NCBI GenBank assembly: GCA_947259395.1
Contig: CAMYMN010000005.1
Location: 1,494-65,493, forward strand
Source: an uncultured Gammaproteobacteria bacterium
GTDB lineage: Bacteria; Pseudomonadota; Gammaproteobacteria; Arenicellales; JAANXG01
Direction: 5' to 3'
DNA length: 64,000 nt
The notes under the pieces were generated by a model. The model had not been told where the DNA came from and ran no database searches. It saw only the letters and a list, made by a program, of their open reading frames with translations. The position numbers and the translations under genes are program-made. Shown one piece after another: positions 37,263 through 46,857 of this stretch. Each line of letters opens with the position of its first letter. Position 1 is the stretch's first letter.

Positions 37263-38237
37263 TCAAGTAGCCTTTAGCTCATTTGATAGGTGTTTGATCA
37301 TATCCTCGACCATCGCCGGCAGATCAAACTTCGGCTTCCAACCCCACTCGTTTCGCGCCACGCTGTCATCCATATGCCGGGGCCATGATTCTGCGATCCC
37401 CTGGCGCACCGGATCGATTCGATAGCCGACGGTAAAATCTGGGATACGCTTTTTGATTTCTGCCGCAATATCCGCCGGAGAAAAACTCATCGCAGTGACA
37501 TTGTATCCATTACGGTGGATCAACCGCTCGCCGTCAAACTCCATTAGTCGGATTGCCGCATTGATGGCGTCCGGCATATACATCATATCTAGCCGGGTAT
37601 CGGCCTTTAAGAAGCAATCGTAATGGCCATCTCTCAATGCGGCATAAAATATCTCCACGGCATAATCGGTCGTGCCACCACCGGGTGGGGTTCTATAAGA
37701 GATCAATCCCGGATATCGCACCCCCCGGGTGTCGACGCCGAAACGCCTCTGGTAATAGCCACACAACAGCTCACCGGACACCTTGGTGATGCCATACATC
37801 GTATTTGGGTGCTGGATCGTATCCTGGGGTGTATTCTCCGCGGGCGTAAGCGGTCCAAACGCCCCGATGGAGCTGGGGAAAAACAGCGAGCAGTGCCGCA
37901 TCCGCGCTATTTCCAGCACATTGAGCAAGCCGTTGACATTGATATCCCAAGCAAGCTGCGGTTCCTCCTCAGCTACGGCGGACAGCAGCGAGGCGAGATG
38001 ATAAATCGTATCGATCCCGTGCTTGGCCACCACCGCTTCCAACACCGTGGCGTCGCGAACATCCACGCTGCAAAACGGGCCTGACTCGGCGAGCTCCGCA
38101 TCCGGCTGGCGTCGATGTCCCGCGGCAATCACATTTTGATTACCGTATTTTTTTCGCAGCACCGGCGCCAGCTCGGAACCGATCTGCCCGGTTGCACCGG
38201 TTATAAGGATCTTCTTCATCGTCGCAGCGACAGCCAC
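37263..38237 (-). CDS. tdh: L-threonine 3-dehydrogenase, NAD-dependent epimerase/SDR type
   Basis: KILITGATGQIGSELAPVLRKKYG Rossmann motif and a YGITK catalytic Y-x3-K. Pairing with kbl supports the call. The start is GTG at 38237 or ATG at 38219. Confidence 0.8.
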   Translation of the reverse strand: MAVAATMKKILITGATGQIGSELAPVLRKKYGNQNVIAAGHRRQPDAELAESGPFCSVDVRDATVLEAVVAKHGIDTIYHLASLLSAVAEEEPQLAWDINVNGLLNVLEIARMRHCSLFFPSSIGAFGPLTPAENTPQDTIQHPNTMYGITKVSGELLCGYYQRRFGVDTRGVRYPGLISYRTPPGGGTTDYAVEIFYAALRDGHYDCFLKADTRLDMMYMPDAINAAIRLMEFDGERLIHRNGYNVTAMSFSPADIAAEIKKRIPDFTVGYRIDPVRQGIAESWPRHMDDSVARNEWGWKPKFDLPAMVEDMIKHLSNELKAT

Positions 38238-38246
38238 CTGCGCCGT

Positions 38247-38690
38247 CTATTGGATGCGTATGATCATGGGCTCGATCTCCTTATAGATGATACGTAACGG
38301 TGCCTTTTTTGAAATGGTCACAAATCGCGTCCCTGACGGGTACGTTAAATGATAGGTCAGGTACAAATGTAACGCCTGGCTCACTGTGAATGCACACAGC
38401 AACCCGCTTAAGTATTCCTGCACTTCGTTGCTGGATACATCAAATCCGGTGTCACCGAGCTGGAAATATGAATCAGAGACGGTGAGCACGTTGGTCTTCG
38501 CCTTTTTTCTCAAAACCTGTTTATACACTTCCCTGCGAAGCTGATCCGGCAGAATGAGGCCCACCTGATCTTCCGCGAGCAGCCACGTAATGCCGTTTGC
38601 GCCCTCCAACTCGTTGTCAATTTCACCAAAAGCCTGGCACCAACCGCGGAAATAGGCCGCATAGCGTTTCAACTCGCATCGAAAGGACAT
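38247..38690 (-). CDS. Hypothetical protein (147 aa), first gene of the tdh-kbl operon
   Basis: Clean ORF whose stop lies 9 nt before the tdh start. No motif recognised. Confidence 0.55.
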   Translation of the reverse strand: MSFRCELKRYAAYFRGWCQAFGEIDNELEGANGITWLLAEDQVGLILPDQLRREVYKQVLRKKAKTNVLTVSDSYFQLGDTGFDVSSNEVQEYLSGLLCAFTVSQALHLYLTYHLTYPSGTRFVTISKKAPLRIIYKEIEPMIIRIQ

Positions 38691-38932
38691 AAATACGTAT
38701 CATTGTCGGGCAAATAAGGACAGAAACGCTACGTTATCAAGAAAGGCAGGCACAACCTAGCATCCCGACTGTTACGGCCCCGGCGAAACCGGGACCGACA
38801 GCGGATGGAGTCAATCTGCGGGATCCCACCCCGGGCATCAATTGATCAGGGATTATCGCGGCGAAAGCTTGCACCTACATTTGCTAGGATAACGTCGCGA
38901 AAACCCTCGCCACCATAATTAGCCGAGCATGT

Positions 38933-39229
38933 TTAACACCCGACCAATCTGGCTTCGGCACCCAGGGCCCTGACGGTATTCAGGATATCCAACGGTTTGG
39001 TGCGCGCGACATCGTAAGTGACGATCAACAGCGACGGTTCTTTGGGAGAAAACCGCGCAGAACGCACACCATGATTTTTCTGCACCTCGATCAGAAATGT
39101 ATTTTGAAGATGTCTTGGAAATCTGTCTTTCAACCACACGATAGAGATACACGAGGTTTCATGGGTTGTTGGCCTTTGTCCAAAAAATGCGACGGTCGCG
39201 GCTGTTTGGTCTTGGGTCTGCGAATGCAT
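38933..39229 (-). CDS. Hypothetical protein, HMA/ferredoxin-like fold suspected, lacking the CxxC metal site
   Basis: GGAGG lies 8 nt before the ATG at 39229. IEVQKNHGVRSARFSPKEPSLLIVTYDVARTKPLDILNTVRALGAEARLVG follows the beta-alpha-beta-beta-alpha-beta sequence pattern of HMA domains. Confidence 0.45.
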   Translation of the reverse strand: MHSQTQDQTAATVAFFGQRPTTHETSCISIVWLKDRFPRHLQNTFLIEVQKNHGVRSARFSPKEPSLLIVTYDVARTKPLDILNTVRALGAEARLVGC

Positions 39230-39781
39230 CGTGATGTCCTCCAATTAAAAGCTAAACCAGGACTCCAGGGTAGAGAACCCTATGATTGCACGCTGTGTAC
39301 AGTGACATACAAAACGTGTGAATTATTACCGAAACAAAACTCAAGATCGAAGTTTGATACTCCGACCCCGGTGTGTCGCGTCTTGTGCACCAAGATCAAA
39401 GTCTGCCTTCGGAGCCGGGCCGATGCCCTCCCGGACAAAGGAAGGCGACATATTTCTGACGTGTCAGCGCGCGCTGGTGGGAACTGGACGCTTCACAATC
39501 TCCCTGGCAGCGCACGGACACGATGACCCCCCGGACATCGCGCGAATACTTTTGTGCAAAATTTCAATGAAACATAAGTTTCCATCCACTCTCGAAGGTA
39601 AACGCCTGCAATAGCGACACATCGATCGGATTCTCGTTCCGCATTAGGTAATTTTCCGCCTACGTAGATCTCGATTAATGCGTTTAAATGAGATAAACAT
39701 GTGCTGTATACTGCTTATACTCTCAATTCGATGATGCTTAAATTGCAGCATTCGCTAAGTTGAAAGAGAGGAGGTAGCAAT

Positions 39782-40873
39782 ATGAGAACCTCGGGTTTAG
39801 GTATGGTGTGTGCTTTTCGCAACAGCGTGAAACAAACGCTTAACACTCGCGGTCTACGGCTCAAGTATGGTGTCGCGGAGTGCGCCCGCCTCACCGTATA
39901 TCTGGCAGCCGCTTTGGCGCTCGGCGCGTGCACGATCTGGCCGCCGACGGTGGAACCGATTACGAAACTTCCGGAAGAAGGAAAGCTCCGATTCGTAGTG
40001 ATGGGAGACAGTGGCCATGGCAACCAGACCCAGGAGAGTGTAGCCGCCACCATAAAGCGTGTCTGCGACCATCTCGGTGGCTGCGACTTCGCGCTGCTCT
40101 TGGGGGACAACATTTACAACAGCGGCGCCTCACACGTTACCGATCAGCAGTTCTTGACAAAGTTCGAGTATCCCTATGCCAAGCTCAAATTCCCATTCTT
40201 CGCAGTGCTTGGCAATCACGACTATGGGGGCGGTGGCGCCGGCTTGGAGGCCTGGAAGGGCAGAGTGCAAATCAAATACACCAACTACTCCAAAAAGTGG
40301 AAGATGCCGGCTCACTATTATAGTTTCAGCGCGACCGATGGGACCACAACGGTTGATTTTTTCGCGCTGGATACGAATGCCATCTTCTACTCCAGCGCCT
40401 GGTTGCAGAAATGCTGGCTGCGCCGGACCCTGGAGCGCTCAGAGGCCGACTGGAAGATCGTCTACGGCCATCACCCTTATATCTCGAACGGTCAGCACGG
40501 CAACGCCGGCGAATACGAGAAGGACATTGTCGACAACCCATTGATCAACGGCGATGCGATAAAGGAGTTTATCGAGGAGAAGGTGTGCGGGAAGGCCAAT
40601 TTGTATCTGGCCGGCCACGATCACAACCGGCAGTGGCTCGAACCCAAATGCGGCACGGAGTTCATCGGCACACAGTTCATCGTCTCGGGCAGCGCCTCCG
40701 GCGCGAAGCCGAGGGGCACCACAGCGAACAATCCAGTAAAGTGGGAGAACTACGCGGGAGGTGGGTTCGTGTTGATCGAGGTTCAAGACAATTCGCAGCT
40801 CTGGGTCCGGTTCTACGATGACACCCCCGGCAACCCGCCGGTACCGAACTTCGAGGGCGCGCTCTCCCATTAG
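39782..40873 (+). CDS. Calcineurin-like metallophosphoesterase (purple acid phosphatase-like), lipoprotein
   Basis: GAGGAGG RBS and a lipobox-like LALGAC. Metallophosphoesterase motifs are present: GDSGHG, GDNIY, GNHDY, GHHP and GHDH. Confidence 0.85.
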   Translation: MRTSGLGMVCAFRNSVKQTLNTRGLRLKYGVAECARLTVYLAAALALGACTIWPPTVEPITKLPEEGKLRFVVMGDSGHGNQTQESVAATIKRVCDHLGGCDFALLLGDNIYNSGASHVTDQQFLTKFEYPYAKLKFPFFAVLGNHDYGGGGAGLEAWKGRVQIKYTNYSKKWKMPAHYYSFSATDGTTTVDFFALDTNAIFYSSAWLQKCWLRRTLERSEADWKIVYGHHPYISNGQHGNAGEYEKDIVDNPLINGDAIKEFIEEKVCGKANLYLAGHDHNRQWLEPKCGTEFIGTQFIVSGSASGAKPRGTTANNPVKWENYAGGGFVLIEVQDNSQLWVRFYDDTPGNPPVPNFEGALSH

Positions 40874-40930
40874 CCGCATAAAATCCTGAGTCCCGTTAGC
40901 GACATGCATTGTTGAGGCCCTATGGAAGCT

Positions 40931-40958
40931 CGCAAACGCAAAGCTGCATGCGTTTGCG
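40931..40958 (+). terminator. Hairpin downstream of the phosphoesterase gene (possible terminator)
   Basis: CGCAAACGCA-AAGCTGCA-TGCGTTTGCG: a perfect 10-bp stem 58 nt after the stop. The downstream tract is only weakly T-rich. Confidence 0.35.
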
Positions 40959-41268
40959 GAGGACTTTAATCCGCTGCCTGAGTATCCAAAATCGGAGGCC
41001 GGTTAGTGGTCAGTCGCGACACGGTGCCCACTGCCGTCCTCGAACGTGCTCGTCCCGGCCGCCAGTCAAGCCAGGATCAGATCCGCGAGCGAGGGCCTCC
41101 TCAATCTTTACTCGCCGGGGGCAACATATGCGCAAACCCTTTTTTCGCTGTCTAACAAACGTGCTTGGGGATAGCCGTATACGTAAATAAAGTGCTAATC
41201 GAAGCTATTGATGAACTCTGGTAGACACTTAGTGAGCAACCGTGGCTCGTACCCGCTGACACGCCGGT

Positions 41269-42672
41269 TTACTCGAACTCTTCCACCTCATCGTAACAGG
41301 GTATGGACAACTCCGCGATAATATTGTCTGGTGAGCCCAAAGCGACATCAGCGGCAATCGCAGCGATCAACTTGGCTCTGGCTTCGTCACCCGCGTGTTT
41401 GCCGGGTGACACCAACGGTTCATAGAAGTTGTTGCGACAGGACCACCACTCATCGGACGGCACAAAATACCCCAGGGCGTCTCCGGTCAGCCCCAGAAAC
41501 AGCTTGTACTCGGCCGTCATCGCTTCCTTGATCGCGTGGGTGGTAGGGATTCCATCATCGAAACCGTTGCGGGTGAGCGATTCCCCCGGGAACGTGACGA
41601 CCTGGAGTTGATCTCCAAAGCGCAGATAGCCAAGCGTGGTGGGTATCTTGAGACGCAAACCTTCCCATTCGGCGTCGTAATCGAGACGATCGAAAAGATA
41701 AAATAGTCGGTAGAGCATACCTGTCATTTTGAGGTCCCAGGGTATCCTCGTTATCGTGATCTCGGAGGAGTCCGGGTTGATCAGGTCTTGATCGTCTCTT
41801 GAGTCGATCGCTGCCTGGGCAATCCGCTCACCGTATTCTTGGATGGTTTCACCGCGAAGGAGAGAGGGCTTGACGTCTCCAACCACCCCATTGGCAAATA
41901 TGGCTGTGCCGCCTAGTTGCTTCTCAAGATGATCCACGAGGTAGCCGCCAAAATCCCGGGATATGTATTCGACTTTGCCCAACAAATCCGGGTGGGCCGC
42001 GAAATTAAGCAGTGAACCGATGGTTGTCCCGGTATTAGTATCCTTGAATTCCACGAACGTGATTTCCTTATCAGTGAAACCCCACTTCCTGCGATTTCTA
42101 TTGCGATTTGGCCCAGTCGTTTTTGACACAAACATGTTCGCGGACGTAAGACTTTCATGTGCCTGGGTGACGGCTTCGATGGCTCCGGTCACTACGTCGT
42201 TCTTGTAGCCGTCCGGCACGCCGCCCCAGGGACCCTGCAGGTCGGGCGCGCTGTGGGTATGGGTGGCGCCCACAAAGTGGTTTTCTTTGGGTATCCCCAC
42301 GGCAGCCTCCGCACCCGTCACGATGCTGTCGATGATGCGGTTGCTGATGCCGACCGCATCTAGAATTGTCAAGGCGATGGTGATGGTTTTCTGGTTCGGG
42401 TTGCCCTCGTCTATCACCCATTGCAGCACCATAGATCGGGCGTAGATCTCCTCCTTCCCCGTGGGCAGGGTGGGATTCTCGCGATATCCCGTCGCCTGTA
42501 TGCGAGGGAAGTATCCGCCGATGTTGATGGGCAGGAAATGCTCCGCGGGTGTGATCTCTTTCTTTCCGAAGCCGGCCTGAAAGTTCACGGGCCACGCGAA
42601 CCCCGAGTACAACGTCAGGAAAATGCAAAGCCCCATTACACGGATCATTTTCATGATCATACTCCTATCCAT
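41269..42672 (-). CDS. Secreted hydrolase resembling neutral/alkaline non-lysosomal ceramidase N-terminal domain proteins
   Basis: Signal peptide. GATHTHSAPD and FANGVVGDVKPS resemble ceramidase-family active-site motifs. The assignment is from memory. Confidence 0.6.
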   Translation of the reverse strand: MDRSMIMKMIRVMGLCIFLTLYSGFAWPVNFQAGFGKKEITPAEHFLPINIGGYFPRIQATGYRENPTLPTGKEEIYARSMVLQWVIDEGNPNQKTITIALTILDAVGISNRIIDSIVTGAEAAVGIPKENHFVGATHTHSAPDLQGPWGGVPDGYKNDVVTGAIEAVTQAHESLTSANMFVSKTTGPNRNRNRRKWGFTDKEITFVEFKDTNTGTTIGSLLNFAAHPDLLGKVEYISRDFGGYLVDHLEKQLGGTAIFANGVVGDVKPSLLRGETIQEYGERIAQAAIDSRDDQDLINPDSSEITITRIPWDLKMTGMLYRLFYLFDRLDYDAEWEGLRLKIPTTLGYLRFGDQLQVVTFPGESLTRNGFDDGIPTTHAIKEAMTAEYKLFLGLTGDALGYFVPSDEWWSCRNNFYEPLVSPGKHAGDEARAKLIAAIAADVALGSPDNIIAELSIPCYDEVEEFE

Positions 42673-42779
42673 CCTGATGGGTGGAGACCGCGCGCTTTCC
42701 TTTCGAAGGTGTCTTCCCCAGTCGGGTCACGTTACGAAAACCAACAAGCGCACCACGGGTTCCACGAATATTGTAGAAG

Positions 42780-43359
42780 CAGCGACCAGCCTGACCCAGC
42801 AAGGCCGCGATTCTTCGTTGGTCTGATCGATAAAAGTACACCTTTTGTCAGGATCGCGGGGTGCCGCGGCGCACACAACGCCTTTGGGTGCGCCTCTTCC
42901 AGCGCCTCGCGGCAGGATTCCATGTTCCACATCCTGTTCATAGTTGCCAGCTTAGCCGGGACGAATCGTGGTTTCTGTGAAAAATTACCCAAATCCCGGC
43001 GGATTATTTACCGAGTATCACTATAACAGCCACCACCATGAGTTGGCGCAGCGCGTGAATAGGCCGTACCACAACCTAGCGAGACGGTCCCTTCCGAACA
43101 TCAATACCGTTTTCTAATCCATGATCGCGATAAGTTCTGCTCAGATGCACTCGACGACTCCATCACTCATCGAGGACGTAACGTGATCGAACCACGGTAT
43201 CGAAGTCCGCAGGCCAACTCGATCTGTGCGCGGGCCATCGGCTCGATGCGGCGAGCATATTTGGAACACGTGAATCCGCTCAATGAAATGCATTTTCGCA
43301 AACTTATCAAGGATTGGAAATGCTATTGCAACCGGGTCAAGTTACCTCATTTCACGTAG
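42780..43359 (+). pseudogene. 3' half of a DDE (rve-type) integrase/transposase gene, degenerate
   Basis: 43063-43359 translates to ...YRFLIHDRDKFCSDALDDSITHRGRNVIEPRYRSPQANSICARAIGSMRRAYLEHVNPLNEMHFRKLIKDWKCYCNRVKLPH. This follows the rve pattern LIrDRD ... SPWQNG.ER.IGtlRRE.LDH ... YYN..RPH. Upstream pieces (FFVGLIDKSTPFVRIAG) sit in other frames. No start codon, and several frameshifts. Confidence 0.6.
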
Positions 43360-46300
43360 GATAGTTTTCGCGGCGCGGAAATCACTTAGTTCGAGACCTT
43401 CTTCCCATCGGTCACACTGGTCGTTCAGAAGCTTCCGCGCCTCGCTGGTGCATCCCTGTGCCGCCAGACAGCGCGTCAGGGTACATGCGGCACGGAGTTC
43501 AAGCGCTTTCGAGTGCCGCGATTGCGCTTCAGACAGGGCTGATCGGAAGTCCGATTCCGCGAGGGACACCATCCGTGTATCCGTCGCCGTGTCCGACCAC
43601 GCCTCGCGGATCCGGTGCTCACCACGAAGTCTGTATAGCTCCGCCCGCCAGCAACGCTCCCCGGTCTCTTCCGTCAAGGCAAGCGCTTCTTCGACCACGC
43701 GCAAACCCCTGCCAGGCTGATTACCTTCGAGATAGACGTCACCGAGAAGTGCCATGAAATAAGGCAGAATCAGTCGCGTGCCGATACCGCGCCACTGCTC
43801 GATACCCTCCAGGACAGTGGCTTCGCCAGCGAAAGGATCATCCAACTTTGAAATCGCCCAGCCCAACAGCACGCGGCCCCATGCCCTCCCCTGCGTTACG
43901 GCCTGCGCTTCGGAGAGTTTAATGACTTCTTGCCCGACGGTCCGGACCAGCTCCGGCTCTAACCTCATCTGGTGCAGGGTCGCGAGATACAGCTTGGAGA
44001 ACACCACACTGTATGGGTGGTAGATGCTCTCCGCGACATTGACCGATTCGTATGCCGTGGACAACGCCTTATCGGGCATGCCCAGCGACCACAAAGTCAG
44101 CGCCAGCGTCGACAAACACACCACCCCGGGATCGGCGAAATACATGTAAGCAAGCGCGCTATGCGCCTTGGGGTCGTATATCTTTGCGCCTTGTTCCAAG
44201 TACTGCCGGGAAATCTGTAAATCGCCTTGCCAGTAGGCTGTGCCACCAAGACTCCGATAGGCCAGTAAGCATAAAGCCTGGTCGTTGGCCGACTCGGACA
44301 GCCGTCGTGCATGTTCGGCGAGTTCCCGCGCTTGACGAAGATCTCCCCGCGCTTGACTGAATATGTTCAGCCCGCACAGCACGGCAATCAGCTGCGGTGA
44401 ATCACCCAATTTGGCGCACAGCTCCTGCGCCCGCACCAGAACGCGCTCAGCTTCAGGAGATGCATATCCACGGGTTCGCACAACCGGACTACTGATCGCG
44501 ACCAACGCATTCAGCTCTTTTTGCAAGCGATCCGCGCCTTCCGGTAGATGGTGGATAAGTTCGAGCGCCCGGTTAAGATGCGTGACCGCTTCCTGGTTGG
44601 CCGATCGTTCGCTGCACCCCTTCCCCGCTGCCATGAGATACTCGATGGCCCTGTCGATGCGGCCGGCTTTCTCGAAATGATCAGCAAGTAGCTCGGGCTG
44701 GCGGGTCGCACCCTCGACGAACCGCCTTTCCAGAAAATCCGCGATCCGCGTGTGCATCAGACGCCGATCGGAACGAAGCAGAGACGAATAAGCTGCTTGC
44801 TGAATTAACACATGGTGGAAGGTATAGGTGTTCTCCGATCCCGATCGCCGCTGCGACAGGATGCCGAGGTGAACCAGGCGCTCGAGTCCCCGCGCCAGCG
44901 CCCCGGCATCACCTTGCCAAACGGCGCTGATCAGCGAGGATTCAAAACGTCGTCCAAGTACGGCGCACAGCATGGCAATTTCACGTTCCCAGGTCAGGTA
45001 GGTGAGCCGGGCCAGAAGCAAATCCTGCAGCGATGCGGGGATGGTCTCGGCCGTCATGGCGTGCCGCGCACCCGCGTCGGAGACTACCAGCCGCGTGAGT
45101 TCTTCAACATACAAAGGTACGCCATCGGCACGGTGTACGATCCGGTCGACGAGGGTGTCGGGTAGCGATACCTCTCCCGCGATGTCAGCGATCATCGCCC
45201 GTATCTCAGTCGACGTCATGGGTTGCAGTTCGATCCGGTACGTGCCTGCATAAGGCGGCCAGCGGTCGTGGTAACCGGTGCGAACACTCGCCAGAACCAT
45301 CACGCGGTGCTGCTCAATACGGGACAGAAGGAAAGAGACAAATTCCCGGGTTGACGGATCGATCCAGTGCACGTCCTCTATAATAAAGATAGTCGGTTGT
45401 TTACCGGCGAGCGCGACAACTACTTGCTGCAGCGCCACAAAGGTCTCGGTTTTTTGGGCATCGGGGGAAAGACGAAGCGGCGGGTACCGGTCCGAAGGTT
45501 CCAGACCAAGCAGCGAGGCAATCAGCGGAACAACCTTGTCAGTGGTCAGGCCGCTGTCCCGCAGTCCCGTTTCCAGCTTATCCATCCGCGCATCCGCATC
45601 GTCATCTTGACTGATAGCCAGATTACGCTGAATCGTTTCGATGACCGGGTACAGTGCGCTGTTCTCGGTGTGGGACCAGCATTGAACAATCAGCCGAAAA
45701 TGCGGGACAGACTCGAGCTGGCGTCTCATCTCCTGGATGAGACGTGATTTGCCGACACCCGCTTCTCCCGAAATCAGGACGACGGCATGCTGTCCGCTCT
45801 CAACCTGTTTCCACTTTATCCATAACTCGTGCATCTGCTCGTCGCGCCCGACCAATGCCGTTAATTGCTTCGGATGGGTGGCGACGAATCTGCTCTCCGG
45901 TGCCTTCGCTTCCAGTACGCGCCACGCCTGCACCGGCTCGGTGATACCTTTTAATTCATGCTTTCCCAGACTCTCGAACTTGAACAAATCACCCACAAGG
46001 TCTTTTGTCGAAGGCGACACCACTACAGTGTCCGGATTGGCGACGGCCTGAAGGCGGGCTGCCAGGTTCGGGGTCTCGCCGACCACACTTTGCTGTTCCA
46101 CCGAGTTATCGCTGATGATATCGCCGACCACCACAAGTCCGGTAGCAATGCCAATCCGGACGTGGAACGGGGCGCCGTGGGTAGCGGCAATCCGATTGTT
46201 GAGTTCCTGCATGGCGTCGATAATGCCCAGGGCCGCCCGGGCGCAACGTTCCGGATCGTTTTCATGCGACACTGGGTAGCCGAAGTAAGCAAGAATGCCG

Positions 46301-46719
46301 TCCCCCAAGTAGCGCGCAGAATACCCTCCGAACCGTCTGATCTCCTGCCCACACGTAGCCCGGTAAGCTCGAATTACGTCGCGCATATCTTCCGGGTCCA
46401 ACCGCGTGGACCATGCGGTGGAATCGACCAGATCGGAGAACAATACAGTGATTTGCCGGCGCTCGGCTTCGGGCGGAGAAGACCGCCTTCGGCGTGACGC
46501 TTCGTCAGAGCGCGTGCCAAAATCGGTATGGATTTGTTTTATCGCCCGGCAGAGTTTTTTTCGATGCCCTATGGACACGCCGAGTTCGGCAAGATCACCA
46601 TCTGTCAGGTCCGGCAGCTCTTCGAAACCAATGTTCTGCTCGACAAACCTGTCGGCATATTGCTCCAATCCAATCGAGCCGAGCCACTTTGTTATGTCGA
46701 ATTTATCATGCATCCGCAA
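43342..46719 (-). CDS. SAM (sterile alpha motif) domain - class III nucleotidyl cyclase - P-loop STAND NTPase - TPR repeat protein
   Basis: SAM-like: ITKWLGSIGLEQYADRFVEQNIGFEELPDLTDGDLAELGVSIGHRKKLCRAIKQI. Cyclase: ITVLFSDLVDSTAWS ... RYLGDGILAYFGYP ... RIGIATGLVVVGD ... VGETPNLAARLQ. Walker A VLISGEAGVGKSRL, Walker B TIFIIEDVHWID. About 500 aa of TPR-like helices follow. Confidence 0.9.
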   Translation of the reverse strand: MRMHDKFDITKWLGSIGLEQYADRFVEQNIGFEELPDLTDGDLAELGVSIGHRKKLCRAIKQIHTDFGTRSDEASRRRRSSPPEAERRQITVLFSDLVDSTAWSTRLDPEDMRDVIRAYRATCGQEIRRFGGYSARYLGDGILAYFGYPVSHENDPERCARAALGIIDAMQELNNRIAATHGAPFHVRIGIATGLVVVGDIISDNSVEQQSVVGETPNLAARLQAVANPDTVVVSPSTKDLVGDLFKFESLGKHELKGITEPVQAWRVLEAKAPESRFVATHPKQLTALVGRDEQMHELWIKWKQVESGQHAVVLISGEAGVGKSRLIQEMRRQLESVPHFRLIVQCWSHTENSALYPVIETIQRNLAISQDDDADARMDKLETGLRDSGLTTDKVVPLIASLLGLEPSDRYPPLRLSPDAQKTETFVALQQVVVALAGKQPTIFIIEDVHWIDPSTREFVSFLLSRIEQHRVMVLASVRTGYHDRWPPYAGTYRIELQPMTSTEIRAMIADIAGEVSLPDTLVDRIVHRADGVPLYVEELTRLVVSDAGARHAMTAETIPASLQDLLLARLTYLTWEREIAMLCAVLGRRFESSLISAVWQGDAGALARGLERLVHLGILSQRRSGSENTYTFHHVLIQQAAYSSLLRSDRRLMHTRIADFLERRFVEGATRQPELLADHFEKAGRIDRAIEYLMAAGKGCSERSANQEAVTHLNRALELIHHLPEGADRLQKELNALVAISSPVVRTRGYASPEAERVLVRAQELCAKLGDSPQLIAVLCGLNIFSQARGDLRQARELAEHARRLSESANDQALCLLAYRSLGGTAYWQGDLQISRQYLEQGAKIYDPKAHSALAYMYFADPGVVCLSTLALTLWSLGMPDKALSTAYESVNVAESIYHPYSVVFSKLYLATLHQMRLEPELVRTVGQEVIKLSEAQAVTQGRAWGRVLLGWAISKLDDPFAGEATVLEGIEQWRGIGTRLILPYFMALLGDVYLEGNQPGRGLRVVEEALALTEETGERCWRAELYRLRGEHRIREAWSDTATDTRMVSLAESDFRSALSEAQSRHSKALELRAACTLTRCLAAQGCTSEARKLLNDQCDRWEEGLELSDFRAAKTILREMR

Positions 46720-46857
46720 GCACCGGAGTTCGAGTCAGATATGCGGGTCCTGCGGAATCGTCGTAGTGCGCTATGAATTCCGCGAGCAACCCACTGCGAA
46801 ACCAGACCCCTACGCGACTTTGCCGGTGGCCTGATTATACCGTTTTGTGCGTAACCA

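Noticed and set aside
39071-39526. 151-aa plus-strand ORF
   Set aside because: It starts antisense within the HMA-like gene, has no Shine-Dalgarno and no recognisable sequence features.
42421-43026. 201-aa plus-strand ORF and the 86/67-aa minus-strand ORFs at 42727-42992
   Set aside because: The first part is antisense to the ceramidase-like gene. The rest is one of several broken frames of the integrase remnant, and the minus-strand ORFs are its shadows.
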